A program made the translations under genes and the position numbers. A DNA stretch of 64,000 bases, from assembly GCF_009834535.1 (NCBI RefSeq), contig NC_045727.1:10912001-10976000 (forward strand), given 5' to 3'. Under the pieces are notes generated by a model. That model searched no databases. It was not told the origin of the DNA and saw only the letters and a list, made by a program, of their open reading frames with translations. Positions 61,536 to 64,000 of this stretch are shown one piece after another. The first letter of the stretch is position 1; each line of letters opens with the position of its first letter. The DNA is from Camelus ferus (lineage: Eukaryota).

Positions 61536-63314
61536 AGTATCTTCCTGGGGCTTCTGCCTCCAGTGTCTGCCCTTCACATCCAGTGCCTTGTCTGCCGCCT
61601 CCCTTTGGCTGGGCCGGCCTCCTCCCACAGCGGCTTTCCTGTGTGGCCTTGCTGCCCTTTTGGTTGGGTGTCTGCTCTGTCTCCAACCTTTCGTCTCCTC
61701 ACCCCTCAAAAGGCTGGTCCTGCACCGACTCCAGGTACCATTCCAGTTTCTCCCACCCTGCTGAAACCGCTTCCTGGCAAGCACATGGCCCAAGTTCCCA
61801 CGTTTCTGGCTCAGCAGCCCTTGGGCACAGGGTCCCGCCCTGGTCCAGTCCAGTTGCCAGGATGTCCCCCTCGCTCCTGCCCTGCCGCTTCCTCTGAATC
61901 AGACACGGGTCTTGTTCAGCCTCTTGCCTGCCTCTCACTCTGTTTTGTCTCTTGTGGACCCTGCTGCTTCCATGAGGTCACAAGGTCTCTGCCGTATGTG
62001 GAGGGGTTAGCTTGGCCTCCCATCCCCGGAGCCCCACCACCTGTCCTGGAGGCCAGGTGCCTTCCAATCTCCCCGGCTCACGACCAGCACCCCTTCCTCC
62101 CTGCTCTTCCCATCCACCACCTCCTCTCCTCCCCTGAGCCTCTGGCAGCCCTGCGCCTGCCTCGCCCCCGCCTGGCCTGAAATCTTCCACGCAGACTGCT
62201 CACTTTGCTAACACTGAGCGTGGAGCTGACTGCAGATGCTTTCTTCTTGACGCTGGTTGTAAGTCATGCCTTTTTTAAAAGTCCCTGGAACTTGAACAGC
62301 AAATACTGGATTTGTAGTTTATTTTTATAATCATTGGCATAACTAAGGAAGGGTCTGCTGTATAGTGCTTCAGTACACACTGAAAATTTTACACCTGGGA
62401 GCATCCAGGCTGGTTTTGACCCAGCCCTTGCCCACTATAGGGACCTATTAGGTACTGAGTGGAAGGACAGCCAAGACAATCTGACCACTGGTGCTTTTTC
62501 TGGCCCCTTTTTGTTTCCTACTGATAAAATGAGTGAACACTTAGCTGTGGGTCTTTTGAAAAATGCTAAGAATAAAAGGGACGGTTTTAAGTGGTCAGGC
62601 TTGGGCAGTCTAACCCGGGAGCCCAGTGGCCCGAGAGACTGCGGCTGGCTCTGAAGGTGGGTGGCTGTCTGGCAGGCCTCCCTTCTGTGTCGTGCTGGCA
62701 GAGCCTGTGGAACAGGCTACGACTCCTTAAGCCCAAGGTGGAGACTGGCTGGTAGAATCCCAGGGTGCCTGGGCTGAGACTCTGGAGAGTGTTGAGGCCA
62801 AGCCCTGCTTTCCCCTGGGGACACTGTGCCCAGAGAGCAGGCCACAGCCAGGGCTGCTCTCACCCCTGCTAGGCCACCTCTGCCTCTTCCTCTCTCTCTC
62901 CCTTCCTCTAGTCACTGCCCAAGGCCCCTGGGTTGGAGTGAGGAGAGTTTCAAGGAAGCAGTTGTCAACCAATCTGTCCAGGGCCTCTGCTAGTACCCCA
63001 CACCTGGGCCTCAAGTCTTCCCGCACCGCAGGGTCTGGGTCAGCACCGGGGTCTTCTGCCCAGACTCACGTGGGGTCCGTCCCACTGGATGAAAGCAGGG
63101 CCAGACTGATAAAGACCAGGCCCTGCAGAAGTGTGCCTTGACACCAAGGTGCTGAAGGTGCTGGTCCTGGGGGAGCCGGAGCCCACCAGGTGGGGGTCGG
63201 GGAGCTGAAGAGGTACTTGTAGAGGCCCTTCATCCTTACCAGGGCAGTTCAGGTGCAGTCCCTGTGAACTCTTGTTTTTACATAAAATTTTTTCATTTGA
63301 AATTCAGATGTTGT

Positions 63315-63430
63315 GGGGAGGGTATAGCTTAGTGATGGAGTGCATGCTTAGCATACCTAGGTCTGGGTTCAATCCCCAGTACCTCTGTTAAAAAAGAAAA
63401 AAGGACAATAACGTAATATAAAAAATAAAA
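63315..63430 (+). mobile_element. tRNA-Ala-derived SINE, camelid Vic-type
   Basis: GGGGAGGGTATAGCTTAGTGATGGAGTGCATGCTTAGCAT...GGGTTCAATCCCCAGTACCTC followed by an A-rich tail. Confidence 0.85.
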
Positions 63431-63849
63431 GTAAAATTCATCTGTAAAGTCGAAGGAAGAAAAAAACCCCGTAATCCCATTATGAAGAAGTTCAATTCAT
63501 AGTTTTTGGCAGCAGCCCCTCAGGAACAGGTGGTGAACATTCTTAGGCTGCTCACCCCGTGAGGGTGTCCCCCTCAACCTGGTGTGCCCCCCTGCCTCTG
63601 TGCTTGCCGTCCTTAATGGGATCATTTCATAACTGTTGTACTCTCATCATTATTCAGTCATTGCCTTGAAACTCTGCATGAACATAAGTTTTAATAACTG
63701 TATGATATGCTATATAGTATTTATGTGATCATTTTGTTTAATTATTCCTTTCTTGTTAGCTTTATAAATTAAAATAATTTGTCTGTGAACATCTTTATGT
63801 GTAAAACTTAGTGTGCGTCTTTTTTTTTAATTTTATTTTTAAAAACATT

Positions 63850-63992
63850 TTAATTTTATTTATTTTTTCGTGTTGAGGGGGATAATCAGGTTTATCTGTT
63901 TGTTTATTTTTCAAGTTGAAGGACTGAGGAGTGAACCCAGGACCTCATGCGTGCTCAGCAGCACTCTGCCCCTAAGCTACACCCTCCCTCCC
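63850..63992 (-). mobile_element. tRNA-derived SINE, camelid Vic-type, more diverged
   Basis: Reverse complement GGGAGGGTGTAGCTTAGGGGCAGAGTGC...GAGGTCCTGGGTTCACTCC...AAACCTGATTATCCCCC plus A-rich tail. Confidence 0.8.
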
Positions 63993-64000
63993 TATTTTTA

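Noticed and set aside
59984-61628. ~21-nt inverted match (59984-60004 vs 61608-61628) and purine/pyrimidine skew flip across the 180-N gap
   Set aside because: The match does not extend colinearly and is expected by chance in G-rich sequence, so there is no support for an inversion.
61251-62180. 309-aa ORF (and overlapping 164-209-aa ORFs) after the second gap
   Set aside because: Low-complexity Pro/Leu/Ser composition from C/T-skewed DNA, a TTG/GTG-type start, no domain, and located in an intron.
1-64000. Prokaryotic-type systems (CRISPR arrays, operons, prophage, IS elements)
   Set aside because: The sequence is mammalian, and no spaced direct-repeat arrays or compact gene clusters were seen.

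Overview
Mammalian (eutherian) genomic DNA, most likely a camelid, judged from the tRNA-Ala-derived SINEs. The locus is RIMBP3-UBE2L3, syntenic with human 22q11.21. It contains an intact intronless RIMBP3 ORF on the minus strand (4687-9711, 1674 aa) and, about 8 kb away head-to-head, the CpG-island promoter and coding exon 1 of UBE2L3 (MAASRRLMK|GT at 17703-17729). After a 100-N gap (26323-26422) and a (GAAA)n tract, the whole block recurs almost identically: 1-26322 matches about 30310-56638, offset about 30,311. In this second copy RIMBP3 is broken by mostly homopolymer indels. The differences cluster towards the two contig ends, which points to an unmerged contig overlap or haplotig (false duplication) rather than a real tandem duplication. 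The rest is UBE2L3 intron 1 with ordinary repeats (MIR, L2, L1, MER5A, MER20, SINEs) and a second, 180-N gap. The most interesting signals, present in both copies, are three: (i) a phase-0 splice donor and antisense reading frame inside the RIMBP3 CDS matching the alternative first exon of the long human UBE2L3 isoform, but with its ATG lost; (ii) a 30-bp in-frame deletion in RIMBP3 SH3 domain 2; (iii) a frameshift just before the ancestral stop that adds about 55 aa to RIMBP3. I see no convincing wholly novel biological system. Comparisons with human proteins and repeat consensus sequences are from memory and need to be checked by alignment.
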